Origin: a plasmid
Sequence record: NZ_CP090008.1
Direction: 5' to 3' (one strand)
Length of the DNA: 64,000 nucleotides
Part shown: piece after piece, positions 49,626 through 59,975 of the stretch
How the letters are laid out: each line of letters starts with the position of its first letter
How positions within the stretch are numbered: the first letter of the stretch is position 1
The notes under the pieces: generated by a model
Database searches by the model: none
The model's input: the letters and a program-made list of their open reading frames with translations, nothing else
What the model was told of the DNA's origin: nothing
Translations under genes and position numbers: made by a program

Positions 49626-50939
49626 ATGGAAATGTTATTTGAACATTTGACATTTGTCGCCCACATAATTGTTGTCTTATTGCTGTATCAACACATTAGT
49701 GGAAATAAATTCAAGTGGTATTGGTTTATCATTTTTCCAATAACATTTAGGATTCTTTTCCTGCTGGTTCCACCACTAGCTTATTTTGCCTATATATTCT
49801 TCCTGCCCGTCTATTCTCTATATCGAAATAAGTATGGTAGTAGGTTGTTGGATGTTTTTTATAGTTTTTATCCCATTGTAGTAGAAAGCTTGATTGGACG
49901 TGTATTAGCTTTCTATCTGTTTCCTATACTTGGATTTAACCAAGTTATGATTAACACACATTATTGGATAAATTTTATAATAGAAGTTTCAATTTACCCA
50001 CTATACTTCTATTTTACGAAGTTTGTGAAAATTGATTTTTACAATTTACAAAAAGGAGTTAAGAAAAATTATTTAAGCCGCTACTTTGTTCTCATGAATG
50101 TATCGATGTTTTTTTACATAATTTTGTTGCAGGTACTGGTGATAGGAGAAGGTTTTATTCCAAATGCAGTAGAACATCGTGAACATTTAGTAGGGATTTA
50201 TGTTGTCATATTTTTTGTAATGCTGATTTATTTAAACTCAACTCTTACTGAGAAATTAGAGTTAGAGTTGCTTTATCAAAAAAACAAACAATTAGAAGAA
50301 TTGTCAGTTTATAGCAAGCATGTTGAATCCTTATATAACGAAATCAGAAGCTTCAGACATGACTATATCAATGTTCTGACGAGTATACAAGAAGGAATTG
50401 AACTTAAAGATATCGAGGCTATCCAAGAAGTTTATGATAATGTCTTGTCTAAGACAAAAGAGAATTTTTCAAATAGTAAGTACGACTTCGCTAATCTTTC
50501 TAATATTACGAATACTGCAATTAAAAGTGTTGTTTCTGCCAAATTGTTAGAAGCTCAAAGTAAGAACGTAGAAGTGCATATCGAAGTTGAAAGCCTAGTA
50601 AGTCTTTCCAACATGGACGCTTTGGATATAATAACGATATTATCTATTCTTTTAGATAATGCTATCGAAGCAGCCTGCTTGGCAGAAAAGCCATGTTTAA
50701 CTTTGGCTATTTTCCAAGAAAAAGATAGTGATATTATTGTTGTAGAAAACTCTATTCGAGAAGAAAAAATCAATATTTCTAAAATCTTTGACCTGGGGTA
50801 CTCTTCAAAAGGAGAGAATAGGGGAATTGGATTATCAAACGTGCATGACATTTTGGATAAATATCCTGCGGCCTTTATTAAAACAAGTAGCCGAAAACAT
50901 TTATTTAGACAAACTATTGAAATCAAAAGAGTTTGTTAA
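49626..50939 (+). CDS. AgrC/ComD/BlpH-like sensor histidine kinase (HPK10).
   Basis: Six or seven TM helices. His box SFRHDYINVL. A GHKL ATPase with LLDNAIEA and GIGLSNV. Confidence 0.7.
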   Translation: MEMLFEHLTFVAHIIVVLLLYQHISGNKFKWYWFIIFPITFRILFLLVPPLAYFAYIFFLPVYSLYRNKYGSRLLDVFYSFYPIVVESLIGRVLAFYLFPILGFNQVMINTHYWINFIIEVSIYPLYFYFTKFVKIDFYNLQKGVKKNYLSRYFVLMNVSMFFYIILLQVLVIGEGFIPNAVEHREHLVGIYVVIFFVMLIYLNSTLTEKLELELLYQKNKQLEELSVYSKHVESLYNEIRSFRHDYINVLTSIQEGIELKDIEAIQEVYDNVLSKTKENFSNSKYDFANLSNITNTAIKSVVSAKLLEAQSKNVEVHIEVESLVSLSNMDALDIITILSILLDNAIEAACLAEKPCLTLAIFQEKDSDIIVVENSIREEKINISKIFDLGYSSKGENRGIGLSNVHDILDKYPAAFIKTSSRKHLFRQTIEIKRVC

Positions 50940-51637
50940 CTTTAGTGAGTTAGTGTCAGGAATTGCCTAGACGTAACTAATTGTAAGTCCACTAAAAAGT
51001 GAACTTGGTAGTTAAAATAAAAAAGGAGGAATCTATCTTATATTTGGGTAGGTTCCTCCTTTTAAGTTTCTTTGGCTCTTAGTCAACTGTAGTGAGTGAC
51101 GAAAAGCTATCAATAAAGAGCTAAAAAAACTAGGGCCATTGCCCTAGTTGTAAGGAGGTTAGTTCACATCTTGGTTTATAGGAGATTATGATGTGAACTG
51201 GATTGGATTAGGAGTCTCTGTTTCTGTTAGGAGGATTAGAGACTGAAAGGATTAATTTTCGAGTGTAGTTTCATCGAACTACAAGAAAATTATAGCAGTT
51301 TATGAGAAAGGACACAATGGACTTAGGGGGGGTCACATCTCTTATTATTAGAGAATTAGGTTAGTAGAATTTGATGGATCCGTAAAAGAGCTTACTACGC
51401 AATCTGTGGAGAAAAAATCAGATATGTTATTACAGGCAGTTTTGAGGAACGATCAAGGAAGCTCTGTCTTAAACATAAAGAAATACTTTAATAGGTTATA
51501 TTTTTATAGTGAACCTACCATCATGGAGTGCTATAATGTCAATCGAAGAGAATAGTCTTAATGACATAATGTATCCAACAACAATACCTCATTATCTCTC
51601 TTCATTGTAGTCTTTTGTTATTCAAAGAGGTAGAATT

Positions 51638-52531
51638 ATGAATTATGTAGCTAGAATCAACTTAAAAACGGGTACATCCTATCGTAACGAATTAATTGAT
51701 TTTTGTTTAAAAGGAGAACAACAGTATTTGGCTATTGGTTGGAGTCGAATATATGGTGAGGGAGAAGTATTAACTTATTCTGAATTTTATGAACGACTTC
51801 GTCAAGAGCCTGGTCGATTAAATACTGTGCTGAATATTTTTAAGAATACACATGAAGATAATTTGTTTTGGACACGTGATTTAGATGGTAATTATTGGAT
51901 ATGTAGAGCTAAAGGCGAGGTGCTTACAAGGTGTAATAAAAGGTTAGACGTAGGAGCACTTTTACCGATAGATGCTTATAAATTTGGTATGCAAGTGCCA
52001 GGACAAATCAAGGCAGCATTCAACAGAGCTAATGCTGGAACGGCACAGAAAATTTATGATGCTATTATAGTTGAGTACTCAAAAGCTATTTATAATAAAC
52101 TCTCTCAAACGAATCACTATGAGGTTGCTCGTTTAGAAGGTAGTTTATTGGATAACCTGCCTGATTTTGATTTGGAAGAGCTAGTGATTTCCTATATACA
52201 GGTAAATTATGACTATTATGTTCTTTCGAATTCTATTGCAAGCAAATCGACGACAATAAAAGTAGAATGCGAGTTTTTATCTAGAGATCCTAAACGGGTG
52301 AGAAAGGCAGTTGTTCAAGTAAAGGGTAGAAAAGCCGAAGCACTTGATGCATTACAATTTGAAGATTTTACCCAGAATGGTTACGAGGTGTTCCTCTTTG
52401 CACCAGAAGTATTAAATGCTGATAAGGTGGATAATATTGTCGTTATTACGCCAAATGAATTAATTGACTTTTACGAGAATTATAAAGTAATACTTCCAGA
52501 CTCCATCACACAGTGGGAGAATTTATACTAA
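51638..52531 (+). CDS. Hypothetical protein.
   Basis: 297-aa ORF with an RBS. Confidence 0.35.
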   Translation: MNYVARINLKTGTSYRNELIDFCLKGEQQYLAIGWSRIYGEGEVLTYSEFYERLRQEPGRLNTVLNIFKNTHEDNLFWTRDLDGNYWICRAKGEVLTRCNKRLDVGALLPIDAYKFGMQVPGQIKAAFNRANAGTAQKIYDAIIVEYSKAIYNKLSQTNHYEVARLEGSLLDNLPDFDLEELVISYIQVNYDYYVLSNSIASKSTTIKVECEFLSRDPKRVRKAVVQVKGRKAEALDALQFEDFTQNGYEVFLFAPEVLNADKVDNIVVITPNELIDFYENYKVILPDSITQWENLY

Positions 52532-52843
52532 TCTAGTTTACTATTTGTGAATCTTCAATTATGAGTAATGATTGAACTCATTTTCTTTGACACATATGGC
52601 ACTATTAGGTACTTGATGTTAGTCTGATTTCCTAGACACGTTTTGGTAGGATAATATCAACCCAAAGAGATATCTAAGAGTTACAAAAATATACTAAAGA
52701 ATTCAAAGAAACCATTACTTAATTGCATGAGTCAGGAAAGCCAGTCTCAGAGCTTGTTAAGGATGGGATTGAATAGCCACAAGCTCTTTTATAGGGAAGA
52801 AGTAACTCGTCTCTAATGATTTACAACAAGGGAAGGAGAATAA

Positions 52844-53590
52844 TTGGAAACAATCAAAGATAACTTGAAGCGTTGTGATGCATTTTATAAAAGCGATTTT
52901 TACCAATTTCTAGAGAAACATCATCCAAACTATATTGCGAATATTTTTGACCACTTATGTGAGGATCCAGATGCTGGAGATGTTAGTTTATACCAAGATT
53001 TAAGCAATAAATTTCAATTATCGGCTAGAAAAGATCACTTGATAGATGTAGTTGAAGGACGGAAGATTCGACTCGCAGCCGATATAATTTGTGGTAGAAA
53101 GCAAATTGCCGATTTTCATAACAATGATTATGAAAAGTGGAGAAAAGATTATGAGCTTGTTCGTTCTAATTTAAACCTTCATTTTTTGTGGCCTAAGCAT
53201 AAGCCTCCAACGATTAATACTTATCGCTACACTAAATATTTAGATAGAATTGATTATTTACTTTTTGATTTAAAATGTTATTTTAAAGGACAAGAGAATC
53301 AAGAGAATCTGAATACTCCGATGAAGGATGCCTATGAAAGTGAAGAAACAGCGATTTGGTTAGGGCAGTTTAATAGAGATTTCAAGTACTTTATTGATAA
53401 AATGAAGTTACAGGCATTTGTTAATGACAACTATGATGTTTTAGATATCAGTACAGGTCAAACTGAGATTATACAAGGTATCATTTCTCTAAAAGAGATA
53501 TCAGAGACACTAAATCTATATATGGAAAATCTATTAAGGTTAAATAGCCAAAATGTCTTTAATAAAGAGTGTCCCCCAACCCAAGATTAA
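52844..53590 (+). CDS. Hypothetical protein.
   Basis: 248-aa ORF. Confidence 0.35.
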   Translation: METIKDNLKRCDAFYKSDFYQFLEKHHPNYIANIFDHLCEDPDAGDVSLYQDLSNKFQLSARKDHLIDVVEGRKIRLAADIICGRKQIADFHNNDYEKWRKDYELVRSNLNLHFLWPKHKPPTINTYRYTKYLDRIDYLLFDLKCYFKGQENQENLNTPMKDAYESEETAIWLGQFNRDFKYFIDKMKLQAFVNDNYDVLDISTGQTEIIQGIISLKEISETLNLYMENLLRLNSQNVFNKECPPTQD

Positions 53591-53637
53591 TGTGATGATA
53601 TTTATGTGTTAAAAAATTAAGCTAGGAAGTTAAGAAT

Positions 53638-54144
53638 ATGGAAATCAAAAATCACTTTGGTGTATATGGTATTTGTTTTGAGAATGGGAAATTGCTATGC
53701 ATTGAGAAAACGAGAGGACCTTATCAGCATCGTTTTGATTTACCGGGTGGTAGTCAAGAACTAGGTGAGGGACTGACAGAAACCCTCGAACGAGAGGTTC
53801 TAGAAGAGACGGGCTATACGCTTAGCCGTTATTCAAATCCTAGGATTTATGATGTAATGGTTCAAGAAGGTGGGCAAGACTTCGCAGTACATCACATCAT
53901 GGCCTTTTATGATATCGTGCTCGATTTTGAGCGCTCTCAAAAATCCCTTCCTCAAGAGGTTCTTGATGGAAGCAATGATTCAGCAAATGCAATTTGGGTT
54001 CCTTTCGAGCAGATTACCGAAGAAAATGCCTCACCCTTAGTATTGAAGGTGAAGGCAGAGTTAGTAGGAATTCCAGAATTACAACTGACAAGCTATAGAA
54101 ATTGGAAGGTAAAAGTAAAGAAGGAGAACACACGACACCTCTAG
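53638..54144 (+). CDS. NUDIX hydrolase.
   Basis: Nudix box GGSQELGEGLTETLEREVLEETG. Confidence 0.75.
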   Translation: MEIKNHFGVYGICFENGKLLCIEKTRGPYQHRFDLPGGSQELGEGLTETLEREVLEETGYTLSRYSNPRIYDVMVQEGGQDFAVHHIMAFYDIVLDFERSQKSLPQEVLDGSNDSANAIWVPFEQITEENASPLVLKVKAELVGIPELQLTSYRNWKVKVKKENTRHL

Positions 54145-54320
54145 AGATGAGGAATGCCAAAAAGCAAATCAAACCCTCTATTTTGTGTTACACAACTTAT
54201 TTTATATTACCCGAAGACTTGGAATATGAGATTTATATTGATTTAAAGCTTGTTTCGGAGTATATTTTAGATGATACAATTTTTATACACCCTCAAATTA
54301 AGAGTCTCAAAAGGTGAAAT

Positions 54321-55610
54321 ATGGTTATGGATACTTCAAATGATAAATATAAATTAACAAAAACTCGTGATTACGAAGATAAAGAAGGAAAAACTAAAGA
54401 CATGGAATCCAATTCACAAGCTTCAACGACAGAGCCTCATATTAATAGTTATTCAGAACTCTTATTATCTGTAAAAAATTTAGTATTTCGTGGGGCACCA
54501 GGAACTGGAAAAACGTATCTTTCTAAGCAAATTGCAGCGAACATTGTTTCTAATGGTAGAACGAGTGAGATAAGTCAGTTGTCAGAGGAGGAAATGAACC
54601 AAATTGATTTTGTCCAATTTCATCCTTCATATGATTATACTGACTTTGTTGAAGGCTTCCGTCCTTCGGAAGTTGAAAATAATCAAATTGGTTTTACTCT
54701 AAAACCAGGAAAGTTTAAAAGATTTATTGCAAAAGCTCAAAAAGTTGAGACGGTTGATCGGCAAGATAATTTTGCTCAAGCATGGGAAAAATTTTTTGAG
54801 GCAGTGACTGAAGCTGAAGAAACATCTCAAGGATATAATGAACTGAAAACATTGACGGGTAAGCCAATGACAAATATGGTGTCTTATGATAACAATGGTG
54901 TGCAAGGAATCTATAAAAAAGATACAAAACAGTATCTTAATTATAATCAAATATATAATGTTTATAGAGGTTTGCCTGGGGTTCCCGAGGGTGGATTTGA
55001 TACCTATAGAAAAGCAGTTGTTAAGCACTTGAAAGAAAAATTTGGCCTAAAGGATTATGTTGCTGGTGAAGAAAAAAATGATAAAGATAAGTTTGTTTTT
55101 ATCATTGATGAAATCAACCGTGGTGAGATCTCGAAGATTTTTGGAGAGTTATTTTTCTCTGTTGATCCTGACTATAGAGGAATTAAAGGTGCAGTAAATA
55201 CACAGTATAACTCTAAGGAAAAATTATATATACCTGAAAATGTTTATATTATTGGGACAATGAATGACATTGACCGATCAGTTGAAACCTTCGATTTCGC
55301 AATGAGAAGGAGATTCACCTTTGTTGAAGTTACTGCCGAGGAGTCGGCTCAAAATATGCACCTTAATGATGAAACGAAAAGAATCATGTACAGATTAAAT
55401 AATGCAATTATTGAGGAGGGCCATTTAAATCAAGACTATCAGATTGGTGCAAGTTACTTCAAGGGTCTTGATAAAGGAACAATTTCAATAGAAAATTTAT
55501 GGGACTACAAGTTAAACCCGTTATTAAAGGATTATTTTCGTGGTGAGAGATTAGCTGATGAAAAGATGAAAGCTTTGGAAAAAGCTTACTTTGGTACTAG
55601 TGAGGACTAG
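54321..55610 (+). CDS. mcrB: McrB-like AAA+ GTPase subunit of a type IV (modification-dependent) restriction system.
   Basis: Walker A FRGAPGTGKTY. Walker B FIIDEINRGE. McrB signature GTMNDIDRSVETFDFAMRRRFTF. Confidence 0.7.
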   Translation: MVMDTSNDKYKLTKTRDYEDKEGKTKDMESNSQASTTEPHINSYSELLLSVKNLVFRGAPGTGKTYLSKQIAANIVSNGRTSEISQLSEEEMNQIDFVQFHPSYDYTDFVEGFRPSEVENNQIGFTLKPGKFKRFIAKAQKVETVDRQDNFAQAWEKFFEAVTEAEETSQGYNELKTLTGKPMTNMVSYDNNGVQGIYKKDTKQYLNYNQIYNVYRGLPGVPEGGFDTYRKAVVKHLKEKFGLKDYVAGEEKNDKDKFVFIIDEINRGEISKIFGELFFSVDPDYRGIKGAVNTQYNSKEKLYIPENVYIIGTMNDIDRSVETFDFAMRRRFTFVEVTAEESAQNMHLNDETKRIMYRLNNAIIEEGHLNQDYQIGASYFKGLDKGTISIENLWDYKLNPLLKDYFRGERLADEKMKALEKAYFGTSED

Positions 55611-55613
55611 TCT

Positions 55614-56915
55614 ATGATCAAAATTAGTGATAACACAGAAATTACACTAAGTGAGATAAATCATCCGGTTATTAATGAATTAACGAATAAATCCTTGTCA
55701 ACTTTGGATCAAGAAAGGTTTATTATCTTTCCGCCATTATTAAAGGATTCTGATGACTTAGATGAGGGTAATTGTATCTTTCGCACATTTAATGGTAAAA
55801 CGAGGACTTGTAATATAGTAGGTTTTCTAAGTGATGGGAATAATGAAATTTATATTCATAGTCGTTTTTTTGAAACGGAAGATGAAGATTATTTTCTAGA
55901 TTACATGTTGCAAAAAGTACTTCATTACAATGTTACGGTAAACGAAATTGCATCTTCAGAAGAAACCACCTATTATGATTTATTAGTCTACTTGTTTCCT
56001 TACTATTTGGAGGAGGCTATGCGAAAGGGACTATATAAGGAGTATGCTTCTCATTCTTATAATGATAGTAATGTTCGAGGTCAGATGGATATCAATCGTC
56101 ATTTTAAGGAGAATGTGCCTTTTGTCGGTAAAGTTGCTTACAATACACGGGAGTTTTCATTCGATAATAAAATAAATCAATTGATTCGTCATACCATTGA
56201 AAAAATCGAAATTACAAAACCATTTTTACTTGAAGAAAACCCAGTTGTTCAAAAAAATGTAAAGATGATAAAGGAAATAACCCCAAGTTACTCTCATTAT
56301 GAACTGGAAAAAGTGTTATATGAGAATATAAGTAATACCATAAAACATGGATTTTTTGAAGAATACACACAGTTACAGACGTTGTGTCTTAAAATTTTGA
56401 CGGATGAGAGAATTAGTTACGGAGCATCCAGTCAGAAAGTACATGGTATCGTTATTGATATTGCTTGGTTGTGGGAAGAATATCTAAACTTATTGATTAA
56501 AGAACACTTTTATCATCCTCAAAATAAGTTAGGTACCATGGCTCATTATTATTTTCAAAATGGTAATGGTAAAATTTATCCCGATTTCATAGGGAGAGAT
56601 GTAACTAATAGAGTTATTGCAGATGCAAAATATAAACCAGAGAAGAATATAAAGAGCAGCGACTATTCTCAAATTTTGTCGTATATGTTTCGATTTGACA
56701 GTAAATTAGCGTACTTTTTACATCCTACAAAAGAAGAATCACAAAGTATATTTTATTTAATGGAGGGAGTAAGTGCGGAACATACTCCCCAAAAAAGAAT
56801 GGATATACGAGTAGAAAAAATAGGTTTGAAGATTCCACGAGCGACAAGTTATTCGGAATTTGTTATGTTGATGGAAGAAAGCGAGAAGAGTTTTCTGACT
56901 AAATTGAAACGTTGA
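55614..56915 (+). CDS. mcrC: McrC-like PD-(D/E)xK nuclease subunit.
   Basis: It lies 4 nt after mcrB. It has the catalytic motif IYPDFIGRD...IADAKYK. Confidence 0.6.
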   Translation: MIKISDNTEITLSEINHPVINELTNKSLSTLDQERFIIFPPLLKDSDDLDEGNCIFRTFNGKTRTCNIVGFLSDGNNEIYIHSRFFETEDEDYFLDYMLQKVLHYNVTVNEIASSEETTYYDLLVYLFPYYLEEAMRKGLYKEYASHSYNDSNVRGQMDINRHFKENVPFVGKVAYNTREFSFDNKINQLIRHTIEKIEITKPFLLEENPVVQKNVKMIKEITPSYSHYELEKVLYENISNTIKHGFFEEYTQLQTLCLKILTDERISYGASSQKVHGIVIDIAWLWEEYLNLLIKEHFYHPQNKLGTMAHYYFQNGNGKIYPDFIGRDVTNRVIADAKYKPEKNIKSSDYSQILSYMFRFDSKLAYFLHPTKEESQSIFYLMEGVSAEHTPQKRMDIRVEKIGLKIPRATSYSEFVMLMEESEKSFLTKLKR

Positions 56916-57040
56916 AAGTTTCCTTATTCTTAGCACGTTAATATTTAGGAGGACAAATAGCTTATCGATTAATGTTAACTTGCTATCTTCTAATATGTTT
57001 GCTATACTAATGTCATAAATTATTTAATTTATATCTTTAT

Positions 57041-57545
57041 TCACCACACCTCTAACGGTGAACCTTTGGTCACGTGACTAAAGAAAACAGAAATATGGAG
57101 GAGGAGATGCTATTGCTGGTTCTGTCCTAGCAATAGGCATCCCATGTTTGATTGGGTTAAAAGGGAGCGTACTCGCTTTTAGCTATCAGTTAAGCCATCA
57201 GACAGAAGAAGAGGCTTAACGCTTTGAAACACGTACGAGATAATTTGCCTAATTGATTGAAAGGCTACAACAAACGTTATTAGCAACTAAGCATAACGAG
57301 AAGTTTTTCCTATGGTTTTCCATAGGCACGCGCAACCTTGTTTTTTGAGACAAGGCTTGTCGGCTTCTTTGTTATGCTTTTTTTGTTTTGAGTTTGGGTA
57401 GATGGACAAAAAAGGAAGGCGACATCTCGATGAATAGGGCAGAGGAACAGGTGTTCCCAACTCTAAACTATCGGCATGCGGAGGAAAGACTACGAACAGG
57501 TGTTTGAGACTTTCCAAGGTTACTTTACAACAACAATTTTTTAAA
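57041..57545. repeat. Copy B of the ~500-bp structured element (inverted relative to 10383..10880), immediately 5-prime of ssb.
   Basis: Its reverse complement aligns with copy A over the full length at about 90% identity. It ends at the ssb RBS AAAGGAGAAAAG. Confidence 0.8.
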
Positions 57546-57557
57546 GGAGAAAAGCTT

Positions 57558-57986
57558 ATGCTTAACAAAGTCATTATTACTGGTCGTTTGGTCGCAGATC
57601 CGGAACTTCGCTACACACCTTCTAACAAGGCGGTAGCAACGGCTCGAATCGCCTCTCCACGTGATTTTAAAAATCAAAACGGAGAACGAGAGACCGATTT
57701 TATTAACCTCGTCATTTGGGGTAAATATGCAGAGAATTTCTCAACTTGGATCAAGAAGGGATATCTTGTGACAGTTGAGGGACGGTTACAAACTCGTTCT
57801 TATGAAAACCAACAAGGTCAAAAGGTCTATGTGACTGAGGTTAATGTGTCAAACTTTGACAACTTACAGCCTCGTGACCATAGTAACACTTCTTCGCAAA
57901 GTCAAGATTTTGGACCTGCAGAAGGGGGCTTTCCTGGAGGTGGAGAACCTCTAGATGATTCTATGTTTGAGAATATTCCTTTCTAG
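57558..57986 (+). CDS. ssb: Single-stranded DNA-binding protein.
   Basis: OB-fold [27 protein letters not shown]. Acidic C-terminal tail [10 protein letters not shown]. The ATG at 57558 is preferred over the ORF-track start. Confidence 0.85.
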   Translation: MLNKVIITGRLVADPELRYTPSNKAVATARIASPRDFKNQNGERETDFINLVIWGKYAENFSTWIKKGYLVTVEGRLQTRSYENQQGQKVYVTEVNVSNFDNLQPRDHSNTSSQSQDFGPAEGGFPGGGEPLDDSMFENIPF

Positions 57987-58047
57987 TACATAGTTCAAGG
58001 TTTTAAGAAGAAAGTAGAGAGTTCAGTTATACTGAGCTCTTTTTGTT

Positions 58048-58911
58048 TTGGAAGGAGAAAGAATGATAAAAGAAGTAGAGATACTTCCTCCATTGACAGA
58101 GGATAATTACTACCAAGATAGGTATTATATGTCCACTTCTCGTCTGAAGGAGTACATCAAATGTCCCTTAAGGCAGGAAGTTGTCGATTTGGGCTTTTGG
58201 CCTGAGAAGACGGAGACAGAAAGCCTACTTGTTGGTAATTATGTCCATTCTTATTTTGACACTAAAGAAGCTCATGAAGCTTTCTTGGAAATGAATCGAG
58301 ATAAGATCATTAGTCAACGAGGAAAAACTGCTGGCCAGGTAAAAGCCTCTTTCAAACAAGCAGATAAGATGATTGCTGCTTTAGAAAAAGAGGAGCTTTT
58401 TAATCGTTTGTATCATGGTACAGATGATGAACTGGTGGAGAAAGAACGGATTATCACTGGTACGTTAGAAGGGATTCCCTTCAAATGCAAAATTGATAGT
58501 CTGAATCTTTCAGGAGGCTATTTCGTTGACCTGAAGACGATGGAGAGTCTTCAGTCAGAAAAATATTCGACGACACTTCATCGTTTTACGAAGTCTCTTC
58601 TCTATAACATTGTAGAATATCAGTATACGCTACAAATGTACGTATATCAGGAGTTGCTGAAGCAAACCTACGGTTATGAGTTTACACCATATATTATGGC
58701 AGTTTCAAAGGAACCTGTTCCCGATAAGGAGTTAATTCTAATCGATGATACTATCATTGAAATGGGGAGAGACATCTTCTATGGACATGTTGAAGCACTT
58801 AAAGATGCTTTGGCACATAAGTCTGTCGAAGGATGTGGTCATTGTGATTACTGTTTAACGAATAAGTCGTTAGTTACAGCAAAAACAGTGGCAGAATTTT
58901 TACAACAATAA
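58048..58911 (+). CDS. PD-(D/E)xK exonuclease with Cas4-like Cys4 cluster.
   Basis: KCP at the N-terminus and CGHCDYC at the C-terminus. Nuclease-core residues YFVDLKT. Confidence 0.5.
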   Translation: MEGERMIKEVEILPPLTEDNYYQDRYYMSTSRLKEYIKCPLRQEVVDLGFWPEKTETESLLVGNYVHSYFDTKEAHEAFLEMNRDKIISQRGKTAGQVKASFKQADKMIAALEKEELFNRLYHGTDDELVEKERIITGTLEGIPFKCKIDSLNLSGGYFVDLKTMESLQSEKYSTTLHRFTKSLLYNIVEYQYTLQMYVYQELLKQTYGYEFTPYIMAVSKEPVPDKELILIDDTIIEMGRDIFYGHVEALKDALAHKSVEGCGHCDYCLTNKSLVTAKTVAEFLQQ

Positions 58912-58967
58912 TAAATAGGAAATAAAGTGGTCAAAAGACCACTTTTTATATTAAGGAGAAAAGAACA

Positions 58968-59975
58968 ATGACTGAAACAATTGCAAACACAAATGAAAAA
59001 AACCTAGTAGCTGAACTAATTGAAGCTAAAGTGGCTCTTGCTAAGGCTGAAATGCAATTAGAATGGCAAAAGGCTGAACAAGTAAAAAAAGACCATTCTA
59101 AACCGGAGCCAGAGCTTATGGCTCCACTGTTTGAGGCTTTGGCCAAGGCTCAAGCTGAGTTCGAGTCTGTAACAGCAACAAGTAGAGTCACGTTTAAGAA
59201 CGTGGACTTTAAGTTCGCCCCTCTCTCAGAGATTTTAGGGGCTGTACGTCCAGCACTTAACAAGTACGGCCTGACATTGACGCAACAAACCAAACATATT
59301 CCGTTTGGTAATGCCAATGGAATCAAAGTTGTGACGACACTACTTCATGAAAGTGGTGTCTCTTACGACATTGAGTCGGTTCCTGTATTCTATAATGTCA
59401 ATGACATTAAGAACCTAGGAGCTCAAGTAACCTATCTGCGACGCTACGAGGTGAAAACCTTGCTGGGTATTGAGGCTGATAGCGAAGAACTAGATATGGA
59501 CAATGTGCCAAATCATTCGCAATCAGCTCAACAGACTTGTAATTATGATGGTAACCATAATTATCAATCAAATGCCCAAACGAAAACACCTCGCAAGCCA
59601 ACAGGTGCCCGCTATGGAAAGACTGCTCAGTCAGCGTCGCCTGCTACTTCTTTGAGTAGCAGTGAACAGACATCACTTAGTGAGGTGACATCAGATAACA
59701 AAGTGGCAAGTGATAGTGTCTCACAAGCAACTAGCGAGTCTGAAGTAGCTCCACAAAAGAGTGAAACAGCTACAAAAGGGATAAAAGCTGCTTGTAACGA
59801 TGATCAACTGATTCAAATGGTTGCTCGTGGTGAAGAAGCTGCATTGTCTCTTGGAGCAACAGAAAGCCAGTTGCTTGAGTGGTCTCAGCTAGGAGAAAGC
59901 CAAGGGTTGACTGTTCAACTCAAAGCTTTATCTGATTTTGTTTCTAAACAACGTCAGCAGGCACAACAACAATAG
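58968..59975 (+). CDS. Hypothetical protein; possible single-strand annealing protein (ERF/Sak-like) with disordered S/T/Q-rich C-terminus.
   Basis: It is adjacent to ssb and the exonuclease in a recombination-module-like arrangement. I have no motif proof. Confidence 0.3.
   Translation: MTETIANTNEKNLVAELIEAKVALAKAEMQLEWQKAEQVKKDHSKPEPELMAPLFEALAKAQAEFESVTATSRVTFKNVDFKFAPLSEILGAVRPALNKYGLTLTQQTKHIPFGNANGIKVVTTLLHESGVSYDIESVPVFYNVNDIKNLGAQVTYLRRYEVKTLLGIEADSEELDMDNVPNHSQSAQQTCNYDGNHNYQSNAQTKTPRKPTGARYGKTAQSASPATSLSSSEQTSLSEVTSDNKVASDSVSQATSESEVAPQKSETATKGIKAACNDDQLIQMVARGEEAALSLGATESQLLEWSQLGESQGLTVQLKALSDFVSKQRQQAQQQ

Noticed and set aside
54699-55028. Minus-strand ORFs 54699..55028 and 54724..54927.
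   Set aside because: They are antisense to mcrB, which has clear AAA+ motifs.
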